DNA from: an uncultured bacterium
GTDB lineage: Bacteria; Babelota; Babeliae; Babelales; Vermiphilaceae
DNA: 64,000 nucleotides
Reading direction: 5' to 3'
NCBI GenBank assembly: GCA_963727255.1
Contig: CAVSFC010000002.1
Coordinates: 672,001 to 736,000, forward strand
The notes under the pieces are model-generated. The model worked only from the letters and a program-made list of their open reading frames with translations. It did not search any database and was not told the origin of the DNA. The translations under genes and the position numbers were made by a program. Of the stretch, positions 20,266 to 31,146 are shown piece after piece. Numbering within the stretch: position 1 is the first letter of the stretch; every line of letters starts with the position of its first letter.

Positions 20266-21243
20266 ATGTCTTCTTCTCATAAAGCAAGCCAACAAAGTGG
20301 CTTTTTTGCGCAAGCAAAACAAATAGCATTTATACTTTTAGTAGTTTTTTTGATTAGGACATTTTTTTTCGGTCTGTATCAAGTGCCCACTGGTTCGATG
20401 GAAACAACTATGCTTGTTGGCGAACGTTTTTTTGCCGACAAATTTACCTATTTATTTTCTAAGCCAAAGCACGGCCATGTTATTTCTCTTAATAGCCCTT
20501 TATATGAATACTCTGATAATAAATTGATTCGATTATTTGAAGAATATGTTTGGGGGCCGCAAAATCTGACCAAGCGTATCATTGCTATCCCCGGTGATTT
20601 GATTGAAGGAAAAATAGAAGATGGAAAACCGGTTATCTATCGGAATGGAGAAAAACTTCAAGAGCCATATCTTAATAAATATCCGCTCATTGCTGTTTTG
20701 AGAACAGAGCCAAATGAACTTGCAAAAAATATTACCGATGAAGCAATTTCATTGATGTCTCAAAATAAATTGAGCCCTACCCAATTTGAAGCATTCCTTA
20801 ATAGAAAGTTTGTGCAGGATATTTTACGAAAATCATATGATCCGGAAAAATCGTATGAAGATCAACCATTCTATCGCATGAAAGAATCATTGATATATAA
20901 ACCAAATGGGCAGCCTATTCTTTTATATCCGGGCACTGTGCTTGAAGATTCAAAAGCTGGTAATGAGGCTCCTGCAGGCAATGAAGCATATTGGAACGAT
21001 GGTGATGTTTTCCGCGTGAAGCTTGGCGAAAATCAATATTGGCTCATGGGAGATAACCGTTTAAATAGTGGTGATAGCCGTATGTTTGGACCGATTGATG
21101 GCCGGCTGATTCATGGTAGAATTTTATTCCGTATTTGGTCAATTGATAGTGGAGAAGACTGGTGGATTTTAGATCTTATTAGGCATCCGTTTGATTTTTG
21201 GACTCGTATCAGATGGGGACGATTCTTCCAAGTTATTTCGTAG
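20266..21243 (+). CDS. lepB: Signal peptidase I
   Basis: VPTGSME.T, KRIIAIPGD, MGDNR.NS.DSR.FG. Confidence 0.93.
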   Translation: MSSSHKASQQSGFFAQAKQIAFILLVVFLIRTFFFGLYQVPTGSMETTMLVGERFFADKFTYLFSKPKHGHVISLNSPLYEYSDNKLIRLFEEYVWGPQNLTKRIIAIPGDLIEGKIEDGKPVIYRNGEKLQEPYLNKYPLIAVLRTEPNELAKNITDEAISLMSQNKLSPTQFEAFLNRKFVQDILRKSYDPEKSYEDQPFYRMKESLIYKPNGQPILLYPGTVLEDSKAGNEAPAGNEAYWNDGDVFRVKLGENQYWLMGDNRLNSGDSRMFGPIDGRLIHGRILFRIWSIDSGEDWWILDLIRHPFDFWTRIRWGRFFQVIS

Positions 21244-21391
21244 TAGTCAAGCAAGGAAAAAGTTCGCTTTGAAAGAGGAGTGCCCATCGAATAATGAAAT
21301 AGGTGCATAAAGCCTGGAATGGCTTCCAGCGGTAAAAAAAGCCGTTGCAGATAAAAAAAATTGTGGTACAGTAATATCGATATTAATAAAG

Positions 21392-21979
21392 ATGGAAAAA
21401 TCAATGAAAACAAATCCTACACAAATAGTTACCGCACTCGCGCTCACGGGTATTTTGGCTCTCCTTCCTGCATGCTGGCCATTCGACAAAAAAACCGTGC
21501 CAAGCAATGAAGCGGAACAATCGCTGTATGTAATAAATGTCTTGGATAAAGAAAGTTATGATGATTGCAGAATAGCGGGTTCAATTAATGTGCCTTTTGA
21601 TCAAGTTGAAACTTTTGCAAAAGATTTAGATAGATCTGCTGAATTGGTAGTATATTGTGCTAATTATATGTGTACTGCAAGTATGGCAGCCGCACAAAAA
21701 TTAAAAGATATGGGCTTTGAAAATGTTTGGGCATATGAAGGTGGTACTGCTGAATGGTATCAAATGAATATGAAATCTGAAGGTAAGTATCCGGTTGAAG
21801 GAGCTTGCCAAGCCTCATATCTTTCTGCGGCAAATGAAAAACCTGCAGATGAGGGTCATCCAGCAGTAGCGATTATTTCTGCAGAAGAATTGCACCAAAA
21901 AATGGCTTCACGCGGAATTGTTAGCGCAAGCTTCTGCGCAAGAAGCTCCTCAACAAGCGGCGGCATAGCCAAGTGGTAA
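21392..21979 (+). CDS. Rhodanese-like lipoprotein; 3' end overlaps tRNA-Cys
   Basis: Lipobox-like LLPAC; IAGSINVP, VVYCANYMC, GFENVWAYEGG..EW. Confidence 0.8.
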   Translation: MEKSMKTNPTQIVTALALTGILALLPACWPFDKKTVPSNEAEQSLYVINVLDKESYDDCRIAGSINVPFDQVETFAKDLDRSAELVVYCANYMCTASMAAAQKLKDMGFENVWAYEGGTAEWYQMNMKSEGKYPVEGACQASYLSAANEKPADEGHPAVAIISAEELHQKMASRGIVSASFCARSSSTSGGIAKW

Positions 21980-22032
21980 GGCATGGGACTGCAAATCCTT
22001 GATCCCCGGTTCGAATCCGGGTGCCGCCTCCA
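21959..22032 (+). tRNA. tRNA-Cys(GCA)
   Basis: GGCGGCA/TGCCGCC acceptor stem, anticodon loop CT-GCA-AA, GGTTCGAATCC, encoded CCA. Confidence 0.97.
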
Positions 22033-22283
22033 GTCTTCGCTCCTTCGGAGCTTCGCCTGGCTAACGCCAGTCTTCTGGCCCGAAGTCCGGCGAAACTTTA
22101 AGCGTAGATGCATCGGCAAACTATGTCTGGTGCCACAGTCACATTAAATGAATTTTCATTTAAATAGCGACTGTGTCCGGCGAAGCCCTAAAGGCGATGA
22201 CGGAAGACTGCCCGGCGAAGCAGAAAGTGCTTTAGCTTTTGATATTAACGAAGTGAAAGCGAAGCCTGGGCTAGCGAAGTTAC
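22033..22283 (+). repeat. tRNA-trailing palindromic repeat (after tRNA-Cys)
   Basis: gtcttcgctccttcggagcttcgcctg identical to 57913 onward; ttgatattaacgaagtgaaagcgaag block also shared. Confidence 0.85.
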
Positions 22284-22315
22284 TTATTATTAATTGAAAG
22301 ACATAAAAATTGTGT

Positions 22316-22403
22316 GCCGGGATGGCGGAAATGGTAGACGCAAAGGACTTAAAATCCTTCGGGATTATATCTCGTGCCGGTTCGAGTCCGGCTCTCGGCA
22401 CCA
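22316..22403 (+). tRNA. tRNA-Leu(TAA)
   Basis: GCCGGGA/TCTCGGC stem, anticodon loop CT-TAA-AA, long variable arm, GGTTCGAGTCC, CCA. Confidence 0.96.
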
Positions 22404-22620
22404 GGCTATGCCTACGCGGGTTAGGCTTAGAAGTGTGAACATGGCTACGCCTGGCTGACCTTAGTGCTTAGCCGAGTTTATCCTGAGCGAGCATTGCGAG
22501 TCAAAGGGCCTGGCTGACACCAGTCTTCTACGCCCGAAGTCCGGTAGCCTGCCAGCCATAGATCTGGAAAAGCGACGGCCGGGAAGCTGAAAGCGAAGAC
22601 AGATGGCAAAGCCAGTCTTT
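22404..22620 (+). repeat. tRNA-trailing composite repeat (after tRNA-Leu) with nested REP-like and mini-elements
   Basis: gcctggctgacaccagtcttct..gcccgaagtccgg resembles the tRNA-Cys trailer; nested gtttatcctgagcga..gtcaaaggg and the 22548-22584 element. Confidence 0.7.
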
Positions 22621-22786
22621 ACATGAGCAAATTTTTAGCTGGCGATAAGAGAGTTTAAAAAATCTTTTACATAAGTGCATTAAAAAAACTTGACAATTTT
22701 TATTGTCTTACTATTGTACAAACTAGTATTAGTTTTTGTTGGCTAAAAAAATTGTAGAAACAAAAAATTTAATTTAAGGAAATTTC

Positions 22787-23059
22787 ATGAATAAAGCAAA
22801 ATTAGTTGAAAGCATGGCGAAAATGACCAAGATGTCGAAATCGCACTGTAAAGATGCTTTAGAAGCATTCATTTCATCAGTTGGTTCAGCATTGAAATCA
22901 AATAAAGATGTTGTTCTTACCGGATTTGGTACCTTCACTGTGATGAAAAGAAAAAGCAGAGTTGGTGTAAACCCAGCAACCGGCAAGAAAATGCAAATCC
23001 CTGCAAAAAGAGTTCCTAAATTCAGAGCAGGTAAAGCATTAAAGTCTATGGTTAAATAA
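22787..23059 (+). CDS. hup: HU family DNA-binding protein
   Basis: MNKAKLV, GFGTF, R.GVNPATG, PKFRAGK.LK. Confidence 0.96.
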   Translation: MNKAKLVESMAKMTKMSKSHCKDALEAFISSVGSALKSNKDVVLTGFGTFTVMKRKSRVGVNPATGKKMQIPAKRVPKFRAGKALKSMVK

Positions 23060-23085
23060 CCATTACTTTAAAAAATAGGTTATAC

Positions 23086-23118
23086 AGAGGCACCAAAATT
23101 TGGTGCCTCTTTTTTTTT
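23086..23118 (+). terminator. Rho-independent terminator
   Basis: agaggcacca-aaatt-tggtgcctct followed by a T run. Confidence 0.9.
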
Positions 23119-23182
23119 CTTGCGTCATTTTGCGCACTCTAACTATACTCGAGCTAGCATATCTTTTTAAAAAGGAGACGGT

Positions 23183-23581
23183 ATGGTTGGATCATCAAAA
23201 TCTATAGAAATTGGATGGTTTGATAGGCTCAAAAATTCTTTGCAGCTCGAGAAGATCAGCGAAAGACTCAATTTCTCAAAACATAAAATCTTGGATATGG
23301 CTCTTTTCTTTGGAATTGGCTTTTTGGCTGGTTTTCTTTGGAAACGGTATGCCAACTATTTCATCGCAGCTCTGATTTTTATCGGTGTATTGTTTATTTT
23401 CAATCAGCTCGAACTCATTAATTTGAATATTAATTGGCTTAAGGTGCAAGAGTGTTGCGGTATTGAACCGGCAAGAGCTGATGCAGATATTTTATCAATG
23501 CTCTGGGATTGGTCAAAGAATAATATTCTCATCATTTTTAGTTTTATCATTGGTTTTTGTTTTGGGGCTAAGGTGAGCTGA
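23183..23581 (+). CDS. Small membrane protein, FUN14-like
   Basis: G.GFLAGFL.K..; Q..LIN.NINW.K; C-terminal F..GF..G pattern. Confidence 0.55.
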   Translation: MVGSSKSIEIGWFDRLKNSLQLEKISERLNFSKHKILDMALFFGIGFLAGFLWKRYANYFIAALIFIGVLFIFNQLELINLNINWLKVQECCGIEPARADADILSMLWDWSKNNILIIFSFIIGFCFGAKVS

Positions 23582-23591
23582 AAGGATTGAA

Positions 23592-24180
23592 ATGGAAAAA
23601 AGGGAAACGTTTGCGCAGGAATTGTGCGATATTTTTGTTAAGCACAACGTAATTGATGAAGCTGAAGGCACGCGCACTGCAGCGATCATTTAAAAATTCT
23701 GAAAAAGAAAATTTTGATGATTTCTTGCTTGAGGAAGGATTGATCGAAGAGGCGCCACTCTTGCGCGCACTCGCTGAATATTACCAAGTTCCTTCAGTTG
23801 ATGTGACTGGTTATTTTTTTGATAGGCAACTATTACGTAATTTCCCTAAGGATTTTTTGTTACGAAATCGCATTATTCCTCTTGAAATGGAAGACGATGA
23901 ATTGACAGTAGTTGCAAGCCAGCCAGATAACCCTGATTTATTGTCCACTATGGGGGCATACACATCAGAAGATATACAATTCCGTGTTGGACTCGGCAGG
24001 GATATTTCCGATGCGATTAGAGAATTTTATGATAAATCTCCCGCGGAGGTACTTGATGACCAAGATCTTGTTGATGAACAGCTTGAAGAAGAAGAGCGAT
24101 ATCATTCTTTGTTGCGTGATGAAGATGAAGATGTTGAGCCGACTATAAAACAAGAAATTGATAAAGATGAGGAAGAATAA
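23592..24180 (+). CDS. Stand-alone GspE/PilB N-terminal domain protein (one apparent indel near 23668)
   Basis: FLLEEGLIEE..LLRALAEYY..P.VD..FPKDFLLRNRIIPL..L.VV..P; acidic tail; likely ATG at 23592. Confidence 0.7.
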
Positions 24181-24185
24181 GAACC

Positions 24186-25361
24186 ATGACAAGCTATGCC
24201 AGTGAACAAGAATTCCCCGTGATACGGTTAGTGGATAATTTACTTGCAAGTGCCATCATGCGATCAGCATCTGATATTCATTTTGAGCCGACTGCTGATA
24301 AATTGCGCGTTCGCTTGCGAATTGATGGAGTGTTATATGATCATGAAGTAGTTGATGTTACACTTATGCAACAATTGCTTGCGCGTCTTAAAGTGCTGGC
24401 TAATATCAACATTGCTGAAAAAAGATTTCCCCAAGACGGAAAATTTCGCATTATTTCTAATGGACATGAGATTGATTTGCGCGTTTCAACATTTCCTGCT
24501 TTGCATGGCGAAAAAATTGTTGTTCGTATTTTAGATCGGGCCGATCATACCATTGCACTCGATAATCTTGGTTTTAGTGCCCAAATGGCAGCAGCTTTTA
24601 AAGAATTGATTTCTAAGTCCTCCGGCTTTTTTTTAGTTTCAGGACCAACCGGCTCAGGCAAAACGACTACCTTATATGCAGCCCTGAGTAGCCTTAATAA
24701 TCCTCAAAAGAATATTATTACGCTTGAAGATCCTGTTGAATATTGTGTGCCCGGTATCACACAAGGGCAAATACATCCGGATGCGGGATTTACGTTTGAA
24801 AAGGGAATTCGCGCATTACTTCGCCAGGATCCTGATATCGTTATGGTGGGTGAAATTCGCGATACCCAGACGGCTGGCATTGCTATCGAGGCATCGCTCA
24901 CCGGGCATCTTGTTTTTAGTACGGTGCACACCAATGATGCGCCAAGTGTGGTCATGCGTTTGATGGATATGGAAATTGAGCCGTTTTTGATCAATGCTGC
25001 GATCACCGGAGTTCTTGCCCAGAGGCTTGCGCGCAAGATCTGCCAAGCATGCAAAATAGAAAAAGTTCCTTCAGATCAAGAAGCAGCCATTCTCAAAAGA
25101 CATGGCTATGCATTTGACCGATTGTTTATCGGAGCTGGATGCCAACATTGTTTAGGTCTTGGCTATAAGGGGCGAATTGGCATCTTCGAATTGCTGGTGA
25201 TGACTAGCCCCTTGCGCTCTTTGATTGTGCAACATCCATCATTTGAAGATATTTATAAGCAGGCATGCGCTGATGGCATGAAGAGTCTTATTCATGATGG
25301 CTTAGCAAAGGTTGAGCAGGGAATAATTAGCTTGCCTGAGCTCATGCGGGTTGCATTGTAA
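24186..25361 (+). CDS. GspE/PilB family secretion/pilus assembly ATPase
   Basis: ASDIHFEP, RLRIDG, PQDG, GPTGSGKTTTLY, LEDPVEY, LRQDPD..VGEIRD, TGHLV.ST.HTN, two CxxC. Confidence 0.94.
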   Translation: MTSYASEQEFPVIRLVDNLLASAIMRSASDIHFEPTADKLRVRLRIDGVLYDHEVVDVTLMQQLLARLKVLANINIAEKRFPQDGKFRIISNGHEIDLRVSTFPALHGEKIVVRILDRADHTIALDNLGFSAQMAAAFKELISKSSGFFLVSGPTGSGKTTTLYAALSSLNNPQKNIITLEDPVEYCVPGITQGQIHPDAGFTFEKGIRALLRQDPDIVMVGEIRDTQTAGIAIEASLTGHLVFSTVHTNDAPSVVMRLMDMEIEPFLINAAITGVLAQRLARKICQACKIEKVPSDQEAAILKRHGYAFDRLFIGAGCQHCLGLGYKGRIGIFELLVMTSPLRSLIVQHPSFEDIYKQACADGMKSLIHDGLAKVEQGIISLPELMRVAL

Positions 25362-25374
25362 TTGGGAGATTTTC

Positions 25375-26025
25375 ATGAATCGAGGATATTTGTTAGGGCT
25401 TATGCCGCTCTTTTTGGGTAATAATAGTGCTCCTATGGAAGGGTTTAGAGTAGCCGAAAAAGCGGTGATTAATAAGAAAATTTTTAAAGAATTGCCAACA
25501 CTTGAAACAGAACGCCTTATTCTGCGGAAAATTCAGCCCAATGATATGGAAGAACTTAATACACTTTTAGCAGATGAAGATATTACTAAATGGTTGGGTA
25601 TTAATGTCCACAAGAGTAATGAGGACACTAAAGAATTTATTGAAGATGTGATACAGCACGCAGCTTCAGAAAGCCCAAACCCTTGGGGGTTGGTGCATAA
25701 GAAAGATAATAAGTTAATTGGTTATGCGGGATTTTGCTCTGTGGATAGTGTTGGAACCGCGATGATTTGGTATGCAGTTCTAAAGCACTACTGGGGTCAA
25801 AAATTGGCACCAGAGGCACTTAAAAAAATTATTGATTGCGGGTTTCACGATATTAATTTTAATCGCATCGAGGGATACTCTATACTAAAAAACGATCGAA
25901 GTTCCCGAGTGATGGAAAAGTGTGGTATGGTGTATGAAGGTACTCTCAGAGAATGCGGGTATGTCAATGGTGGGTACTGCACTTCAAAGCTCTATGCAAT
26001 TCTGAAAAAAGATTCACTGAAATGA
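25375..26025 (+). CDS. RimJ/RimL-type GNAT N-acetyltransferase with N-terminal extension
   Basis: LETERLILR, YWGQKLA.EA, N.RS.RVMEKCGM.YEG.LR. Confidence 0.85.
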   Translation: MNRGYLLGLMPLFLGNNSAPMEGFRVAEKAVINKKIFKELPTLETERLILRKIQPNDMEELNTLLADEDITKWLGINVHKSNEDTKEFIEDVIQHAASESPNPWGLVHKKDNKLIGYAGFCSVDSVGTAMIWYAVLKHYWGQKLAPEALKKIIDCGFHDINFNRIEGYSILKNDRSSRVMEKCGMVYEGTLRECGYVNGGYCTSKLYAILKKDSLK

Positions 26026-26044
26026 AAACTCTATCTATTCTTTA

Positions 26045-26596
26045 TTAGCTGTGAATTGCTTCGAGTTGCGATGGAGTAGTCGCGTGAGCTAGCTTTTGCG
26101 CAGCATCTCTATTTTCATTTATTATTTTAACGAGCATCGTTAAGTGCATGCTATCCGCCAGTTCTAAAGCATTTAACGTTCCGTCTCGAAAAACGGTGAT
26201 TCTGGGGGACGTATTTGCTCCTTTTTCCAGTAATAGAAGCGCAAAAGTAACATTGCGAGTAAATATAGCTTTTAAGAGTGGGGTTTGCTGAGTGCGCGAT
26301 GCTTTATTAATATCTGCACCGGCTTCAAGCAATCCTTTGAAGAGAGCCAGAGAAGGTCTTCTATCGCGGATTGATGCCAGAAGAGGAGTTTCATCATCCC
26401 CAGTCTCATCATGATGCTCTTTGCAAAACTTGGTAAAATCGGCGTTTGCGAGTGTTTTATTTTTATCTAAAAGGTCCAGGGCTATAGCATATCTCTTCTT
26501 TGTTATTGCTAGATAGAATTCTTTCTTACTATCTTTTTGCATGGCATTTGCCGCTGAGCCTATTACGAGTATGATTAATGGCAGTATATGCTTCAT
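26045..26596 (-). CDS. Exported ankyrin-repeat protein
   Basis: ETPLLAS, LLEAGADIN, QTPLLKA, LLEKGAN; signal peptide ANA|M. Confidence 0.85.
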   Translation of the reverse strand: MKHILPLIILVIGSAANAMQKDSKKEFYLAITKKRYAIALDLLDKNKTLANADFTKFCKEHHDETGDDETPLLASIRDRRPSLALFKGLLEAGADINKASRTQQTPLLKAIFTRNVTFALLLLEKGANTSPRITVFRDGTLNALELADSMHLTMLVKIINENRDAAQKLAHATTPSQLEAIHS

Positions 26597-26684
26597 ATGG
26601 GCTACTCCTTCTGGATTTAAATAAAAAGGCTTTTATACTGGTTTATAGGCACTTTTTCTCCCTACCTAATAGAGGTTTTTCATT

Positions 26685-27092
26685 ATGCGGCTATTCCTTC
26701 TCGCTTTTTTTGCCTTATTTTTGGGTTTATCATTAAATGCAGAAACTATGCAAGAGGATATCACCTGGCATTATTATCAAGCAAAAATGACGAATAACCG
26801 TTTACTTGCCGAAAAGCTTCTAGAATGTTGCGATGCTGCTGGCAAGCAGTGCGATCGACCGCAGGTTATTCAAAATTCTCAAAATCAAATAGTCATGAAA
26901 AAATACGCAGATAAAATTGCTTTTACGAAAAAAATGTCTTTAGTTAATGAACGCGTTGATCAGGCCGTTGCCTGGGGCCAAGAACATTACCTATTATTAC
27001 GCTTTGCATTTGCGGGTTTATGTATTTGCGGCTTGTGGTTCAAGATAATGATAGATTCTCCGGAAATTAAATATGATATACCAAGCTCTTAA
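26685..27092 (+). CDS. Exported/membrane hypothetical protein
   Basis: Signal peptide and C-terminal TM helix. Confidence 0.6.
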   Translation: MRLFLLAFFALFLGLSLNAETMQEDITWHYYQAKMTNNRLLAEKLLECCDAAGKQCDRPQVIQNSQNQIVMKKYADKIAFTKKMSLVNERVDQAVAWGQEHYLLLRFAFAGLCICGLWFKIMIDSPEIKYDIPSS

Positions 27093-27819
27093 CATCAGAA
27101 ATCTTGCAGTTTCTATCGGACAAAAACCGGTTCTGCAATCGATAGATTTGGAATTTCTACCTGGCTCTGTGCATGCATTGATGGGGCCGAATGGTTCGGG
27201 TAAAAGTACTCTGGCCTATGCATTAATGGGGCATCCTGCATACACTATAATGGCCGGATCGATAGAATTTAATGGCGCTGATATAACGGCATTATCAATC
27301 GATAAACGAGCACAAGCAGGAATTTTCTTAGCATTTCAAAATCCCTTGGAGATCCCGGGTGTTACCGTTTTTAATTTCCTTAAAGAGGCACATGCGGCGA
27401 TTGCCAAAAAGCTGATGCCAGCAAAAGAATTCCAACAATTTCTTTTTGAGAAAATGGATATTCTGAACATTGATCATGCCTTTGCCTATCGCAATTTGAA
27501 TGCCGGCTTTTCCGGTGGTGAAAAAAAACGGTTAGAGCTCCTGCAATTGCTGGTTCTTAAGCCTGCAGTAGCTATTCTGGATGAACTCGATTCAGGCTTA
27601 GACGTTGATGCGATTAAGATTGTTGCAGCAGGATTACACGCAGCCCGCATAGCAAATCCAACTCTGTGCATCATCATGATTACCCACTATCCACGGCTGC
27701 TTAGCTATATCCAGCCGGATTGGGTGCATATCATGCACAATGGCACTATTGTGCAAACGGGAGCTGCAGCACTTGCACAACTGATTGAGCAGCGAGGCTA
27801 TGATGCAATCAGCAGTTAA
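27073..27819 (+). CDS. sufC: Fe-S cluster assembly ATPase
   Basis: [45 protein letters not shown]. Confidence 0.95.
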   Translation: MIYQALNIRNLAVSIGQKPVLQSIDLEFLPGSVHALMGPNGSGKSTLAYALMGHPAYTIMAGSIEFNGADITALSIDKRAQAGIFLAFQNPLEIPGVTVFNFLKEAHAAIAKKLMPAKEFQQFLFEKMDILNIDHAFAYRNLNAGFSGGEKKRLELLQLLVLKPAVAILDELDSGLDVDAIKIVAAGLHAARIANPTLCIIMITHYPRLLSYIQPDWVHIMHNGTIVQTGAAALAQLIEQRGYDAISS

Positions 27820-29170
27820 ATCATTCGAGACTCCTTTTTTTAAGACGAGCAAGGGGGTTAATAAAAAGATCGTTATGCAAATTGCCGAGCAAAAGAATGA
27901 GCCCGGTTGGATGATTGATTTCCGTCTTAAGGCACTCGAAATTTTTGAGCGGCTTGCAATGCCTTCTTGGGGTGCTGATCTGAGTAAGCTTGATCCTCAT
28001 GATATTCATTACTATGTAAAACCAATCGAGGGCCAGCATAATTCTTGGGATACTGTGCCGCAAGGCATCAAAACCACCTTTGAAAAATTGGGTATTCCGC
28101 AGGCAGAGCAAAAATTTCTTGCCGGGGTTGGCGCGCAGTATGAATCGGAAGTTGTATATAAAAAATTACAGCAAAAATGGGCTGATTTAGGAGTGCTTTT
28201 TACCGACATGAGCAAAGCGGTTACTGAGTATCCTGAGTTGGTAAAAAAATATTTTGCGACCGTTATTCCTGCGCATGATAATAAGTTTGCCGCGCTCAAT
28301 TCTTCTGTCTGGAGTGGTGGCAGTTTTGTGTATGTCCCGAAGGGTGTGCATATTGATATGCCCTTGCAAGCATATTTTCGCATAAATGCCCCCAGCATGG
28401 GGCAATTCGAACGCACTCTTATTATTGCCGAGCCAGGTAGCTTTGTGCATTATGTAGAAGGATGCAGTGCACCGCTGTATCGCAAAAATTCTTTGCATAG
28501 CGCAGTCGTTGAATTGATTGGGCTCGATAATGCTCATATTCGGTATACCACCATCCAGAATTGGTCAAACAATGTCTATAATTTGGTTACCAAACGAGCA
28601 GTGGCCCATGAAAATGCAACCGTTGAATGGGTTGATGGCAATTTTGGCAGTAAAATGACTATGAAGTATCCGTGCGTGATACTCAAAGGAGCGCACGCCA
28701 AAGCACAAATTATTTCTATTGCCGTTGCCGGGAATGGGCAGCATCAAGATGCGGGGGGAAAAGTAATTCATTTAGCGCCGCATACTCGTTCAAACATAGT
28801 TTCAAAATCGATTTCCAAAAATGGCGGCAGAGCCAGTTATCGCGGCCTTTTAAAAATTGCAGCAAACGCAGAACATGCTCATTCTCGCGTAAACTGTGAC
28901 GCGCTTTTGCTTGATGAGCAGTCTCGATCTGATACGTATCCAACGGTTCATGTTGCAAATCAAACGGCAGATGTTGGGCATGAAGCAACGGTGAGCAAAA
29001 TTAATGATGATCAAATTGTTTATTTAATGAGTAGGGGATTAAGCGAATCTGCTGCACGTGCGCTCATTGTGAATGGCTTTATCGATGCCTTCGTAAAAGA
29101 ATTGCCCATGGAATATGCGGTAGAAATTAACCGGCTAATTGCGCATGAAATGGAAGGATCAATTGGATAA
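27800..29170 (+). CDS. sufB: Fe-S cluster assembly protein
   Basis: [42 protein letters not shown]. Confidence 0.97.
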   Translation: MMQSAVKSFETPFFKTSKGVNKKIVMQIAEQKNEPGWMIDFRLKALEIFERLAMPSWGADLSKLDPHDIHYYVKPIEGQHNSWDTVPQGIKTTFEKLGIPQAEQKFLAGVGAQYESEVVYKKLQQKWADLGVLFTDMSKAVTEYPELVKKYFATVIPAHDNKFAALNSSVWSGGSFVYVPKGVHIDMPLQAYFRINAPSMGQFERTLIIAEPGSFVHYVEGCSAPLYRKNSLHSAVVELIGLDNAHIRYTTIQNWSNNVYNLVTKRAVAHENATVEWVDGNFGSKMTMKYPCVILKGAHAKAQIISIAVAGNGQHQDAGGKVIHLAPHTRSNIVSKSISKNGGRASYRGLLKIAANAEHAHSRVNCDALLLDEQSRSDTYPTVHVANQTADVGHEATVSKINDDQIVYLMSRGLSESAARALIVNGFIDAFVKELPMEYAVEINRLIAHEMEGSIG

Positions 29171-29901
29171 TGAGTGTGATAAAACTAAGTTCTTCCTTGA
29201 GCCCAATTATGATGCATGATGTGCTGCATAGCGGGAATTTTGAGTGGCATTTAGAGCCGCATGCAAATGTTACCTTTATTCATCTGCTCGAGACTGATGC
29301 TCCTGTAGCAGCAAACCTGGAATTTAAACTTGGCCAATCGAGTATACTTAACTACAGCCCAATTATAATCGGTGGATCGCATACTGAGCTTAAACTTGAG
29401 GTAATATTGCATGAGCATGCGCAACTGACTGTTGCTGGCGCATATGCGCTTACGGGCAAAGAAGAATGCTCGTTTACTACCCAGCAAATGCATTGTGGAC
29501 TATCTTCCATCAGTAATCTGGTAATTAATGGAATTGCTGCAGGCGGCGCATTGGTAACATACAATGGAGCAATAAGCATCCAAAAAAATGCTACAAAATC
29601 AATTGCAAGGCAGGAAAATAAAACATTATTGATCGGTTCGCGAGCAAAAGCAATCTCTATTCCCTCGCTTGAGGTGCAAACCAATGATGTGCAATGTGCG
29701 CATGGAAGTGCGGTCGGCCCTTTGCAAGAAGATCAATTAACCTATGCGCAATCGCGCGGGCTTTCTTTGCACTCGGCTCGGCGAATGTTAGTAACTAGTT
29801 TCTTTGCGCAAGCGCTTGAGGGTATGCTTGATGAAAATCTGCGAGAAAAAATAGTTGCGCAGTTGGTAGATAAAGCATTGGGAGAAAAAGGAACCATATG
29901 A
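29170..29901 (+). CDS. sufD: Fe-S cluster assembly protein (short form)
   Basis: SIPSLEV..NDVQCAHGSAVG, Y.QSRGL; position in operon. Confidence 0.85.
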   Translation: MSVIKLSSSLSPIMMHDVLHSGNFEWHLEPHANVTFIHLLETDAPVAANLEFKLGQSSILNYSPIIIGGSHTELKLEVILHEHAQLTVAGAYALTGKEECSFTTQQMHCGLSSISNLVINGIAAGGALVTYNGAISIQKNATKSIARQENKTLLIGSRAKAISIPSLEVQTNDVQCAHGSAVGPLQEDQLTYAQSRGLSLHSARRMLVTSFFAQALEGMLDENLREKIVAQLVDKALGEKGTI

Positions 29902-31103
29902 AAAATGTGCGATCAGATTTTCCAATCTTACAAAAAAAAATTAACGGGCATCAAATAGTTTATTTGGATAATGCGGCAACCAGCCAAAAGCCGCAAATGG
30001 TTATCGATGCAGTAACTGATTTTTATACGCAGTACAATAGCAATATCCATCGCGCAGTATATACATTTGGTGAAGAAGCAACCACGCTTTTTGAACAGGC
30101 GCGGATGAAGATTGCACGTTTTATTAATGCAGAACCCAGTGAAGTGATATTCACTCAGGGTGCTACTGCCGGTATTAATCTTATTGCAAGCACCTGGGCA
30201 CAAAAAACGATTAAAAAGGGTGATGAGATTTTGATTACTCAGATGGAGCATCACTCAAATATGCTACCCTGGCAACAATCTGCCCTGCGGCAGGATGCTG
30301 CTCTAAAATATATTCCGGTAACTGCTGATGGAGTACTTGATTATAACGCATTGCCATCATTGCTCAGCAAAAAAACAAAGCTGGTGGCAGTAGTTCATGT
30401 TTCGAATGTGTTGGGTACCCGCAATGATATTCAGCATATTATTGAAAATGCACATTCAGTTGGTGCGCGTGTGTTGATCGATGCTGCCCAATCTGCTCCC
30501 CACGAACGAATCGATGTAAAAAAAATAAACTGTGATTTTTTAGTATTTTCTGGCCATAAGATGTTTGGGCCAACAGGCATTGGGATTTTATACATTAAAA
30601 AAGAGCTGCATGATCAGATTCCCCCCTATCAATTTGGCGGCGGCATGGTTTATGAAGCAGATTTTTTTAAGGCAACCTGGCAAAAATCTCCGCAAAAATT
30701 TGAAGCAGGGACTCCTCCGATTGCACAGGCAATAGGCTTGGGCGCCGCGATTGATTATATGGAGAAAAATATTGCGTTCGATGCATTAAAGAAACATGAG
30801 GCCGCATTATGCTCGCAATTAATTGAAGGGCTTATGCCTTTAAAAAAAGTAACTATCTTGGGTCCGCTTAAAGAATTAAAAAAATCAGGCCATTTGGTAA
30901 GTTTTACTGTCAAAGATATGCATCCGCATGATGTTGCGGCCCATTTAAGTAAATATGGCATTTGTGTTCGCGCCGGGAATCATTGTGCGCAGCCACTGGC
31001 AAAAATGTTAAATATTTCCGGTTCTGTACGGGCAAGTTTTTATCTTTATAATACTGCAGAAGAAGTTGAACAGCTTATTAAAGCTGTCAAAAAACTTCTA
31101 TAA
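29898..31103 (+). CDS. sufS: Cysteine desulfurase
   Basis: YLDNAATSQKP, EHHSN..PW, FSGHKM.GPTGIG, FEAGTP, RAGNHCAQP. Confidence 0.96.
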   Translation: MKNVRSDFPILQKKINGHQIVYLDNAATSQKPQMVIDAVTDFYTQYNSNIHRAVYTFGEEATTLFEQARMKIARFINAEPSEVIFTQGATAGINLIASTWAQKTIKKGDEILITQMEHHSNMLPWQQSALRQDAALKYIPVTADGVLDYNALPSLLSKKTKLVAVVHVSNVLGTRNDIQHIIENAHSVGARVLIDAAQSAPHERIDVKKINCDFLVFSGHKMFGPTGIGILYIKKELHDQIPPYQFGGGMVYEADFFKATWQKSPQKFEAGTPPIAQAIGLGAAIDYMEKNIAFDALKKHEAALCSQLIEGLMPLKKVTILGPLKELKKSGHLVSFTVKDMHPHDVAAHLSKYGICVRAGNHCAQPLAKMLNISGSVRASFYLYNTAEEVEQLIKAVKKLL

Positions 31104-31146
31104 GAATGAATGTAAGTGAATTTTTTACTCCATAGGATATACCACT

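Noticed and set aside
22033..22620. CRISPR array
   Set aside because: No regularly spaced identical repeats with unique spacers, and no cas genes in the window
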